A stretch of DNA of 62,846 nt, counting the filler, from Sphacelaria rigidula (lineage: Eukaryota), in NCBI GenBank assembly GCA_964200075.2. It is 6 parts of 6 records of this genome, joined end to end, with 100 filler letters (N's around TTAATTAATTAA, not from the genome) between each part and the next. Parts side by side here need not be neighbours in the genome. Positions count along the whole stretch, not along the records: positions 52,458 to 62,846 come from CAXNAA020006592.1; 5 more parts are not named here. The stretch is one strand, 5' to 3'. This document shows, in pieces, positions 52,358 to 62,846 of this stretch. The position numbers and the translations under genes were made by a program. Position 1 is the stretch's first letter. Every line of letters starts with the position of its first letter. The notes below the pieces were generated by a model that was not told the origin of the DNA, searched no databases, and saw only the letters and a program-made list of their open reading frames with translations.

Positions 52358-52457
52358 NNNNNNNNNNNNNNNNNNNNNNNNNNNNNNNNNNNNNNNNNNN
52401 NTTAATTAATTAANNNNNNNNNNNNNNNNNNNNNNNNNNNNNNNNNNNNNNNNNNNN
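52358..52457. other. Artificial contig linker
   Basis: N44-TTAATTAATTAA-N44. Confidence 0.97.
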
Positions 52458-52884
52458 CGCAACTTTTGCGCCATTCCACGTGCCTGGGCTGCGTGTAGCT
52501 GGGTTGTAACGCTGAAAACAAAGCCTAGGGATTGATTCGTACGATTCGATCCAATTACACTAAAACCAAGTAATTTGCAGACGAATCATTATTTGCCCGA
52601 TCCTTGATAGGTTCCCCAGGACACTGAATGCGGTGGAAAAAACCCGAAATCGACGCCGCAGGCGCCGATTTCGACAAAAATACGTTCTGGACGTTCTGGG
52701 TCCACTGCACACGTGCCCCAAACTATAAATTTTCTCAAGAGCTTTTTTCCCTCAAGTCTAGAATCAAGTAGTCATGTTATCAACCATAGACATACGACCA
52801 AAGCTTCAGGTCTACTGGGATGAGTTTCGATCTTGAAAGAAGTCTCAAGTTCAACACAGTGCTCTCCCAAACATCAATCTGATT

Positions 52885-53150
52885 TATGCCCCATGACTTG
52901 TATGTCGGTCTCATGTACTGTACCTCGATCGCGTGGAGACAATTTCAGCGCCATACACCGACCCTAAAAGCCCAGAGCGATGAACAACGGCGCTACTTTA
53001 CCGTTTTAATTCATGACGCCGAATAACATGACGCATGAATACTGAGTCCGCTCGGCGCTGCGGGCTTACAGAGTCGGTGAAAAGGCGCTGAAACAGTGTT
53101 GATGCGATCGAGGTGCATTAGGCCGACAAAACGGTTGTTGGGCATGATGA
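52885..53150. repeat. Diverged foldback element, same family as 62592-62846
   Basis: CCTCGATCGC...TTTCAGCGCC...CACCGAC versus GTCGGTG..AGGCGCTGAAA...GCGATCGAGG. Confidence 0.65.
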
Positions 53151-53892
53151 GGTCGAGATTACAGCAGGGAATGAATACGCTGTTTTGGGGTCGAGACTCA
53201 TGTTACGATTGAATGTGGCTCTGCACTTTCGGCAGTCTCAGAATATTTTCGTTGGGTTGGTTTAATCGTCGAATCTTTTTCAATCGGCCACGAATCCAAC
53301 CGTGGTGACGAGGTGTACGTATGGGCGTATGGGCGTATGGGCGTTTGTACCGTCTTCTACTGTGTATCCGCGTTGGACGGCTCATTTTTTTTTGTAGTAC
53401 GCAGAGGATGGTTGTCGCCAGGTCTTCCCGTGGGGAGAATACTTCCAACACTGTACAAAGTCTGATGTCCCGCTCTGCACCGTGCATAACGCGGTTTCAG
53501 ATGACCGCTCATCCGTATTTGAATCTTGCGGGGTGGGAAACATTCTGTTCCAGGGCTCGGCGTGCGTGCACCGTACGGGTTTGCTTGCCCAAGTTCGCGC
53601 GCCTGGAGCTCTGCCAACGCATGCTTTGCCCAGAGCGCACCCTCTGCGCCTCCTTGCCCGAGGGTTATTGGTTTGCCTTGGCTCAGGCTCGGTGTTATGG
53701 CCAGGGCTCAGCGTTGGGGTTTGCGTTGGGTCTAGCGTGCAGGGCCTTTCTAGTTCTCGTCTCTTGTTTTTTCACTATTTGTGACGTTTCCGTGTACTGC
53801 TGCCCCTCGTGTATTTCGTGTTGCTTGCTCCTCACTCTGCTTGTCGATCTGTCGTTTATCTGGACAGCTCTGCCTTCAGATAACTCTTACAG

Positions 53893-56250
53893 TATGTCCA
53901 TGAGCTCCCAGTACACGTACGACCCCAGCAGCATGATGTCGATGGAAGGCATGAGCATGTTCAGCACCGCTAGCTCTGTCGTGAACCCTTCTTCAGTGAG
54001 GGGCATCGTGCACAGGTGATCGATCCGCTTGGTTTTTTGTCCAAGAGAAACGTGTGCTTTTTGTACAAAGCAATTTTTCATCAAGTCGATTGATTCATGA
54101 TTGATTGATCGATTGATTGATCGATTGATTGATTGATCGATTGGTTGATTCAGGATTGATTCAGGATAGACTCATGATTGATCAATTGATTGATTCATGA
54201 TTGAGTCATTAATTGATCGATTGATTGGTTGATTGATTCGTTGGTTCTTGAGTTTGTTGTTCCGATTTTTTTTCCATGCATTTTTCAAGGGCATGTCGAG
54301 AAGGGTATACTCGAGTGCGGGGTATTTTGAAAGACGTACTTGGGGTACTCAAAAAATTAGGGTAAAGTGTTGGGAGTCGTACCTAACTGGAAAGCGATCC
54401 CTTGAACCCTACCCTCAATTTGTGTACTTCAAGTAAGACTTTCAAAATACCCCGCAGTTGAGTATACTCTACTCGACCTGCCTTTGGCATCTTTGCGATG
54501 GGTTGAGTGGTTGGTAGACTGACTCACTGACTGATGGGCTCATTTGCTGGTTGGTTAATTGATTAAGTCATCTGGTCGTTGCTTGGTTTTGATGTTGAAA
54601 CATATTCTACACATATGTATGTTGTCGGGGGGACAAAAAGTGCTGGTGATTGGATTGAAACACGTAAATTTGCTAGTGTAGACGAAGCTATGGCATAGTT
54701 GTTCTTGACTTGGAGAGCATGAAAAACCCAGCAGGACTTGGCTTTCTGACTTTTTTTCTGTTCAATTTACCCCCGAGCGTGGATCGACGCATAATCAGGA
54801 CGAGCTAAAGAATAGCTCGCTAGGTTGTTTTTATACGTACTCGTCGTCAAGTATGATACGCATGCACATCACCTCTATGGATGGGGTGATGGCGTTCAGC
54901 ATCGTCAGCTCCGTTGATCCTTGATGTTGCTTTAGGTCGGGTGCATGGTTAATTTTTTCTAGGTTCTCCGAACATGAGTGTGCAGTACGTGAGATATGGT
55001 GTACACAACCCTAAATAATACGTTTTGTACATCCAGAAATTCGTCGTTCAAAGATGGTGTGTAGTTGTGAGGGAGGGAGGGGAAGCGGTTAAATGCCACG
55101 TATTGCCTGACATAACTGCAGGAACTCATATATTTGTGTGGTCGTCCCATCTATTCTGGACGCCGGTCTGCACCTTTCGGTATATGTGGGTGCACCAGCC
55201 GGGGTCACACGGGAGAGTTGCCAATACAGGAGTTTTATCTTAATCTGTTCGCTTGTTAATTTTCCACCTTCCTTTTGCAGTGCTTGCTTTTTACTTTTTA
55301 TCGCGAGAGGGGCTCAGCAGTCCCTTTCCCTCGTCGACCGGTGAGTCGAACTTTGTGTACCCACGACACGGTCGCTCTCCACTGTCGGGCAGTGTGTGAG
55401 AAAAAAAACCTCAGATCGCTCCGAGATTCGAACCCACGACCCAACCGTCAGGAGGCGTCGAGGTTACCAACTGAGCCACCGGGGCGACCGGCTTTGGTGA
55501 TAAAAGTAGCCGAAAGTTGCCGTTCCTGTTGCGGATCTGTTGCTATTTTCCTTCTTGTCGCCTCACTGTGTATGCTTCTGGTGGTGCTGCCGCTGCTGCC
55601 CTTGTTACCACATGGTTGACTTCTTTTCATTTCTTTCGCGACCTGCCTGCCTGCCTGCCTGCCTGCTCGCCTGTCTGCATGCCTGCCTACCTCCTACCTG
55701 CCTGTAACACAACCCCGTGCTCGACGGCAGGCTGTGGAATGAATTCGACAACCGTTACATGAAAGGTCTGTTCGGAGGACAGCCTCACGACAACAACCCC
55801 TTTCCCCCGGTAATACCTCCGAACGCGACGTCGGCCTCTGCCCTGGGCACCTCCATACAAGGAGCAACCGGTGTGGGCAACAACTTGCCGCCGAACATCG
55901 GCGCGCGAGAGAGACCCTTCGGCGCTTCTGGCCCGGGTGCCCACCAACACCTCTTCTCCGCCTCCACCATGGACAGCGCCGGCACGGGCAGCCACTACGG
56001 TAGTCTTGGAGACAGTCGGGAGGAAACCAAGGGCAACAGCGCGGGTGCTGGGCTTGGCCACGGAGAAATGACCCTGCAGCCGGCGTTTAGCAATGGTGGT
56101 GGCGACGGGGGTGCCCTAGCGTCGGGGAACGATTCTAGTGCGGCGGGCGCTGGTTCTGCTGCTCCGTTGGGCGGTGTGACCGCCGCGGCGGGCGGGGGTG
56201 TCGGTGCGGTGCCCCCGACGTCGAATGCTTCGGGTGGCCAGCCCATCTGA
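53893..56250 (+). CDS. 3' exons (~53893-54015; 55731-56250) of an NHX/NHE-type Na+/H+ exchanger (CPA1 family)
   Basis: In-phase splice AG|G gives VHRLWNEFDNRYMKGLFGG, matching the plant NHX tail motif VHxYWRKFDDxFMRPVFGG; a Gly/Ala-rich tail runs to TGA at 56248-56250. Confidence 0.7.
54085..54238. repeat. (GATT)n microsatellite in the NHX intron
   Basis: Degenerate GATT/GATC tetramer run. Confidence 0.85.
54289..54483. repeat. ~195-bp intronic foldback palindrome (MITE-like)
   Basis: GTCGAG..GGGTATACTC.A.TGCGGGGTATTTTGAAAG versus CTTTCAAAATACCCCGCA.T.GAGTATACTC..CTCGAC. Confidence 0.8.
55135..55490 (-). mobile_element. Full-length tRNA-derived SINE, antisense in the NHX intron
   Basis: Reverse complement carries the A box, B box, body and 3' stem-loop of the family. 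Confidence 0.88.
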
Positions 56251-57249
56251 GCGTCGCCGCCCTGTGCATGCATGAGTACCGCATGTGGCGCGTTGATCCA
56301 ACGACGCCCGTGCGATAAGGGTCCACTTCATTGGGTTGAATTAATACTGCCGTGTCATGCATTTCCGACTGTATTTTTTGGCACCGTGTTTGATGTCTGC
56401 AATACTGCTTCGAGGTGGTACGTGGGGTGTCAGCCCCACCTTGCAAATGACACCCCCGGGTCATGGGGTGTTTTTTGGGGCCCCAAACATTTTTTTTCTT
56501 GGGCCGGTGCTGTTACTGCGGGGTATGTTCGGTACTGGACAAGAGGAGCCGCTGACCATAGCTCATGGGGAGGATGAAGGGACGTGAGGGCAAAGGGGTA
56601 GGATGTGAAGGTTTTGTTTTTCGTTCCAAATGCCATGTCTACCCTGTGTGCGTGTTTTTTTTGTTTTTTGGTCTGGAAAACTGTGCTGCGGCCAGTCTAC
56701 CAAAACGTTACTTTGTTTTTCATGTCCGTCCGTCCGTACGTACGTACGTGCATACGTGCATACGTGAACACGTCGAACGACCAAAAAAATTGGCCTCATT
56801 TTTGTTGGACTGAAGAGGTTTTTTTCTCCCTTTATTGTGTCATTGATGGTGACGGAAATTGTGATGGTGATGGTGGGAGATCGATTTTACTTCAATCGCC
56901 TCATCATATTTTTGTGGTATTTGCTGTTGTTGTCGCGGAAATATTTTTTCACCTTTGATGATGGACAGACGGAACATGGGATGTCTTTTTCCAGGCGATT
57001 GCACGATTGGTTCCTCGGTGGTGGAGTGACAGCACGAGAGAAGGTGAAGATTCTCTCGAAATTAGTCGATGGCGGAAGAAGGGTTTTTCTTTTGTGTTTC
57101 AGTTATGTCGGGGTGGTTGATATTGAATCCGAGTAGATGCAAAAGTAGGGAGCTAGCTCGATTAGCTGCAATATCCTAATTTTATGGTGTAATGCCATGT
57201 TCCATCGGTTCATTTTTGCGTGTTCTCGGTTGTGGGGTGGGGGTGGGGG

Positions 57250-57302
57250 GGAGGCGGGGCGTACTCATTTGTTGCTTGCCTTAGACGTTTTACCGTTGAC
57301 TA
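57250..57302 (-). mobile_element. LINE 3' end fragment
   Basis: GGGGCGTACTCATTTGTTGCTTGCCTTAG core. Confidence 0.7.
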
Positions 57303-57958
57303 AGCAGCTGTGAGGGGGGGGGAAGCCGTTCGTTGTTCGGTGTCGAGATTCAAGTGCTCGAGGAATACTTCATATGAATTGGGGGAAAACTCGATTAAGC
57401 ACATGGAGATGAAGAACAGAAAAAAAAGACGAGTTCTTGTCTTATGTCACGGATTCGAAACCGTCCGAATCCGAATCTTGGGAATGTTCTGGGGGCGGGG
57501 GTGTAAGGGGGGAAGGGGAAGTGAAAAACAATCAACCTGTGCCTGCGAATAGAGCGAAAGCAAAGCAAAGCAAAAATAAACGGGGAACATGCATGCCTTC
57601 TCATTATTCGTGTGTTATTTGTGTGTGTTGTTGTTCCACACTGCACTCTTTCGTTGTGTTGGCCGACTCGGCTATAATATATTTGGGGGTGTTTTGATGG
57701 GGTACGTTTTTTTCTCGTTCGTACGTCGAACGAGGGTAGCGATGGGAGCAGCAGTAGCAGCAGTTGGGGTGAGGGGAAAGGCGATCAGCATAGGACCGAA
57801 CTGAAGTGGACCCGTTCGTGTTCGAAATTGAACTCTTCTCCTAGAAAACGCTTTTGGTTTGAAGTAGGTCGAGTTTCATTCGAAGAAAACTCTCTCGGGA
57901 CTCGGCAATGTTTCTGAAAGCTTGCAAAAACTGTAGCATCGCTTTTTGGTACCTGGTG

Positions 57959-58006
<48 letters not shown>

Positions 58007-59149
58007 CGTTCTGGCAGCTTGCGAGAGACGTTTTGGTACTATGGAATAAGATTCTAATATGATCATCCTTCTCCCTCACAAGACTCGTACAATCGAATTG
58101 CCACAGGCAGTCAATACATGCAGCAACGAAATTGCAGAAATATTCCGGGCTGAACTGACTACCTGCTACTGTCGTTGCTCGAAATCTGTTCTCAGGCGAG
58201 GCTTTCCTGGGCAGCGCTTAACGACGCGAGTCAGGAATGCAATGGCAGGTTGTTTGTCATGAGACACCCCTGTTCCCAACCATAGCTCGCCTCAGCTTAG
58301 GATGACTCTCTTCACATGGCAATTTCTCGCGACAGACACCCCCCGACACACACCATGCATGCGACCGGTTGACAGCAGAGAAGCTCACTTACAGGATCTC
58401 AGACCTCATTTCGGTCACGCCATCACGAGCTGAGTCACCCGCATGAGGTATCTTTTTCATTCCGCATACCGAGAAGTCTACACGAGTGTTCGATCTCTCA
58501 TACAAACCTCCCCCCAACTGGGATGTGACGGAATGTCTGATGTACTTGTTTTGCAGACGTCGGGTGAAATCAACGACTGCAAACAATGTTTTCGTCAGAT
58601 TGAGTTCAATATAATATATTATGATTGAGAGTGATTTTTTTTCCGAACGGCGGTGACGTTCACCTTTCAAATTGTTACATAGCACGTTGGCTTCTAGCAT
58701 ATTAAGAGGCTCGTTGACCCTCAGAGCAGTGGACCTGATGAAATGTTCGTACACAATGGTTGACAGGAATGACTATTCGATTTTAGACTTGATATAGTTC
58801 CGAAAAAACAAAAATGGTTTGGGGCAGGTAAGCAGTGGACCAGCTCGTCCAGAACGTGGTTTTGTCGAAATCGGCGCGTGCCGTGACGATTCGAAGTCTG
58901 CCAACGCACACTTTGCCTGGGGGAAACTATGTACCCTCCTCGCCCGAGGGTCTCGTGCGCCTTGGGTCGGGGTTAGGGTTAGGGTTAGTGTTAGTTTGTA
59001 ACATTCCATGATGTTACCCATCAACCATTATCTACGAACATTTCTTCAGGCCTCCTCCGTCAGACCGCCAGGATAGGCCACCTGCTGAATCGGCATCAAT
59101 TCTCACTTGAAAAAAGCATGCGTGATCCAGATGGACTACCCGAATCGTA

Positions 59150-59375
59150 CCGGTCGTCCCGGTGGCTCAGTTGGTAACCTCGGGACCCTCTGACGGTTGG
59201 ATCGTTGGTTCAAATCTCGGGGGAATCTGGGAATTTTTCTCATACCATGCCCAACAGTGGAGAGCGACTATGTCGTGGGTACACAAAATTCGACTTCATG
59301 GTCGACGAGGGAAAGGGACTGCTGGACCCCTCTCGCTATAAAAAAAAAGGCAAGCACCGCAGAAGGAAGATGAAG
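59150..59375 (+). mobile_element. tRNA-derived SINE lacking the 3' stem-loop region
   Basis: GGTCGTCCCGGTGGCTCAGTTGG...GGTTCAAATCTC...GGCAAGCACCGCAGAAGGAAG. Confidence 0.85.
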
Positions 59376-59572
59376 TACCAAAAACAAAAAACACACACAC
59401 TACTCCTACTTTTCGAAGCACACAGGTTGACTAGCGCCGACTCTCCCCTTTATTAGGAAACCAACCGCTTTGCCGGACACGGAGCCAAACTACTGGAGCT
59501 ACGATATCTTTTGATGTAAGCAGCGCGTCACCGTCGACTTCTCGACGGACGGACGCGAGCGCTGCTTAATCT

Positions 59573-62039
59573 TTGGGATTTGGAGACCAATTTGTAGATC
59601 CCGTAGCACCCTCCTCGCTACGGCCTGTTCTTTCGGATCCCGATATGGGATCCGAAGACAGAAATGCGCCCCGTGCTGAGTCGCTGCCCCTGGACACACG
59701 TGTCCAGCACGACCCTGTAACGGTTGCTTCAACCGTGGCACCCCGTCGAACGGCGGTTGACAAGTCTGGAGACGACTCAGTCCCGACGAAGCGTATCGCT
59801 TCCGGAGTAAGAGATACTGTCACGCGGGTTGCTTCCATTACGGACCCCAATCACACGACTCTCAGCAGTCCAGTGAGCCCTGCTTCGCAGTCCCGTCTCG
59901 GACCAGCGATCGCGGCCACGCATTCTGCCTTGCAGGATCTACCTCGCCCTTCTTCGGCGTCAGCGGACACGTCAGTCCCAGCTCCAACCGAGGCATTTAG
60001 GGCTTTCTGCCACGCCGCGTTCCAAGACCAACCGGTCTCCGCTCACGTGCAATTCAATGATGACTGCACCTACGGCGCCCGCACCCGTACGTTTGGCGCC
60101 CCAATCGGCAACACCGCCTTCTCCGAACGTCTCTCACGAGAGCTTCAACGAAGCCGAGTCCAGCCCCCTCTCCACTTCTCACCAAAGTCTTATTTGCGCT
60201 TCCGGACGGCGCCGCACACTGACAGTTGGTCACGACCACGTCACCAGTGCTGGCATCCTCAAGAACAACTCCCGGTACAGCTTGAATTCATCGCGCGCCC
60301 TCGCACGCCCGAAGAATGTCGATCGTAGCCGCACATACAAAGGTAGTTCACGACACAGCTCCATTTCATCGCACGCTCTCACGCGCCCGATGAATGCCGA
60401 TCGTGACCGTACTCACGAGGATACTTCGCGGTACAGATAGAATATATCGCGCGCCCCACCGCACTCGAAGATGCCGATCAAGCGACCGCGCACACCCCTC
60501 CTTGTTTGCCCCGGTCACGCCGCGGTCATTCACGCAATGATAATACCGTACACGCGGCCGACATCCATAATACATTTCCGGACATGTCACCGGCTCTCGA
60601 ATCCTCAATAGAGAGATCCAGCCGAAATTCATCGCACCACCGACGAACCCGCAGTGACCGCGACCCTCCATCCCGCTCTGATGCTGCAATTATTCGCTCT
60701 CTTCAACGACAACTGATAGATTTGAGGCAAGCACTCAAAATGATCACTATGGAGAACAAGGGAACCACCGCCGCCGCCGCCACCGCTGCCACGACTACCG
60801 CCGCTGCTGCCACCGCCACCTCGGCTCCCACCACAACTGCCGTCCTGACTGCCGTCGACACTGACGCCGACAGTGGCCCCACCACCGATCCTGGGCCGGA
60901 TCCCCTGGTGCTCCCCACTCCGTCTGAAGAAATCCCCCCCCCGCTCGGTGACGAGCACTGCCCAACAGGCCTCCTCTTGAGGCTGCTTATGGACCGCCCC
61001 CGCGCAGAGCAACTCGCTCCGATCGCGGACTATGCGTCAGAAGCGCCTGCCTTGGCGTACCTTGGCATATGACATCTTCGCCAAGCAACGCGAGGCCGAC
61101 GCTGCCGCTGCACGCCTCTTCGCGGAGGAACATGCTATGGCGCACAGAGACCTCCAGGGGCAGTCTTCACAAGCTCAAACCATCAGCGCCGCCGCTCAAC
61201 GGGCCCTTGAGGCGGGTTGCTCTGCCGCCATAGCGACCAAACAAAATATCAAGGACCTCGAACAGCACGGCCGGCGGACCGCCCACGACGCCGCTACGTG
61301 TGTGGCCCGCCTGACCAACCACCAGGCTACCGCTCCGACCGCCAACAACTTGTTCGGTAGCCACCCTTCTTTCCCGCATTCAGGCCACGGCACGAGTCAG
61401 CCCAAGACCGCCCGTCTTACGCTGCGGCCGCAGCCGCATGAACCCAACACCCCCGCCTCCAACCATTACCTTCGCCGTCAATGCCGGGACAACACCAGGC
61501 CTTCATCTCACGAACCAGGAGCGCAGGTGGCTCAGTCGCACCGCTGCCGAATATACCGGCCCGTATCACTACCCCAATCATCTCCAGTTCCCGCGAGGCC
61601 TGGAATGCGGTGTCCAAACGGCTTTTATGTGGACCAGGACGGCATCTTCCCTGATGATGGCATTACGTCCCTCACCCTAGGTCAATTTGTGTTACACATG
61701 ACCATTGGCGCAGGACCCGATCAACCGAGATATGTGGAATCTGCCAACGATCGTTTTGCGGCGCTACTTGCCGCTTACCACTCGGATCCTGACGCCGCAA
61801 TCGCCGAGGATAATAAGGACGACGGTGGTTGGACTCCAACGAGTGCCAACTGCAGGGGGAAGAAGAAGAACCACAGGCGGGACGATGACGACAACGACGC
61901 AAGAGGCTCACGCCGCCGCCATGGTGGTGGAGGATCCTCCTCGGGCGGTTCTGGACCGAACCGCCCGGTCCGTGATACCCGCGGCCCGAATCGAAAGAGA
62001 ACCGGAGGTAATTCTTCCGGATCTTCCGCGAAAGCTTGA
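59573..62039 (+). pseudogene. Frameshifted, GC-rich ~2.5-kb intronless coding remnant (possibly a retroelement gag/ORF1-like gene)
   Basis: Overlapping long ORFs in alternating frames; coiled-coil-like IIRSLQRQLIDLRQALK; three ~78-bp (26-aa) repeats at 60260-60480; basic Gly/Arg C-terminus. Confidence 0.4.
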
Positions 62040-62284
62040 AACCGGTCTAACACAGACCTACCTCGTTCGGGTACAGTGGCACCATTGCGAGTGATACCTC
62101 AGTTGGCCGATGTTTCGGGTCGCATTTTGGGTTTATCTGATACGGACATACCAGACCGTTCATTGTCTTCCACTGCAGCCCGAGCCTTAAACACTGGATC
62201 TTACAAATTGGGGATGGATCTTTATTGGGGATGAGAAACCCGGAGAATGAAAATCTTCGTCTACAAACCAAATCTTCGAAATAT

Positions 62285-62846
62285 GGTTCCATTTCTTGAC
62301 GTACTGATAGCTTTTGACAACTGCTACACGCCATAGAAATTTGGATTTCGATCACCGAAATGTTGGGGTCCTGGGTGAAAAAACAGTTTCGGGGAAATTC
62401 CGGGTGTCCGAACGGACGCCAATATAGTTCCGAAATTGGTTTTTGACCTGGGACCCTAATTTTTCGTTGATCGAAATCCAAATTTCTATGGCGTGTAGCA
62501 GTTGTAAAAAACCAGAGGATTCTATAAAAATGAGGTCCATCAATGAAATGAGGTTCGAGCTCAAAACAGTACTTTCTCCACGCTTTTAGCGATGGTGCCC
62601 AATGACTTTCTTGTCGGCCCAATGCCCCTCGATCGCATAGATACTTCTTCAACGCATTTTATCGACTCTGTGAGCTTACAGCCCTGTCCGAAACCGCCAT
62701 TTCTACTTAGTTCTTAGGGGGGGTGATATCAGGGAAAACAGCAGTTTCGGACAGCGCTGTAAGCTCACAGAGTCGGTAAAATGCGCTGAAAAAGTATCTA
62801 CGCGATCGAGGGACATTAGGCCGACAAAAAAGTCATCGGGCACCAT
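62285..62846. repeat. Two adjacent foldback palindromes (62285-62540 and 62592-62846)
   Basis: ACAACTGCTACACGCCATAGAAATTTGGATTTCGATC and its reverse complement; ATGGTGCCC.ATGACTTT...AAAGTCATCGGGCACCAT. Confidence 0.8.

Overview
Eukaryotic, repeat-rich DNA, almost certainly from a brown alga (Phaeophyceae). It carries a spliced WSC-domain mannuronan C-5 epimerase (alginate-modifying) gene with GT-AG introns. The window is not one locus: it is six unrelated contigs of 10393, 10392, 10391, 10391, 10390 and 10389 bp, sorted by length and joined by 100-bp N linkers containing TTAATTAATTAA. Genes I can reconstruct from splice sites are all partial: an RGS-domain exon, a head-to-head pair of unknown paralogous membrane-protein genes, the 5' part of the WSC-epimerase, the 3' end of an NHX-type Na+/H+ exchanger, and the 3' part of an unusual gene. 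That last gene joins a PH-domain end and a hydrophobic membrane segment to what looks like a catalytically dead 2-oxoacid-dehydrogenase E2 acyltransferase fold split by long low-complexity inserts; it is the most interesting item here. The rest is mostly mobile DNA: a decayed RTE-like LINE, many LINE 3' ends, a tRNA-derived SINE, a ~105-bp TTAA/piggyBac-type MITE that builds tandem arrays, hAT-type MITEs, long foldback palindromes, and mini/microsatellites. All family assignments come from motif recognition by eye; no searches were run.
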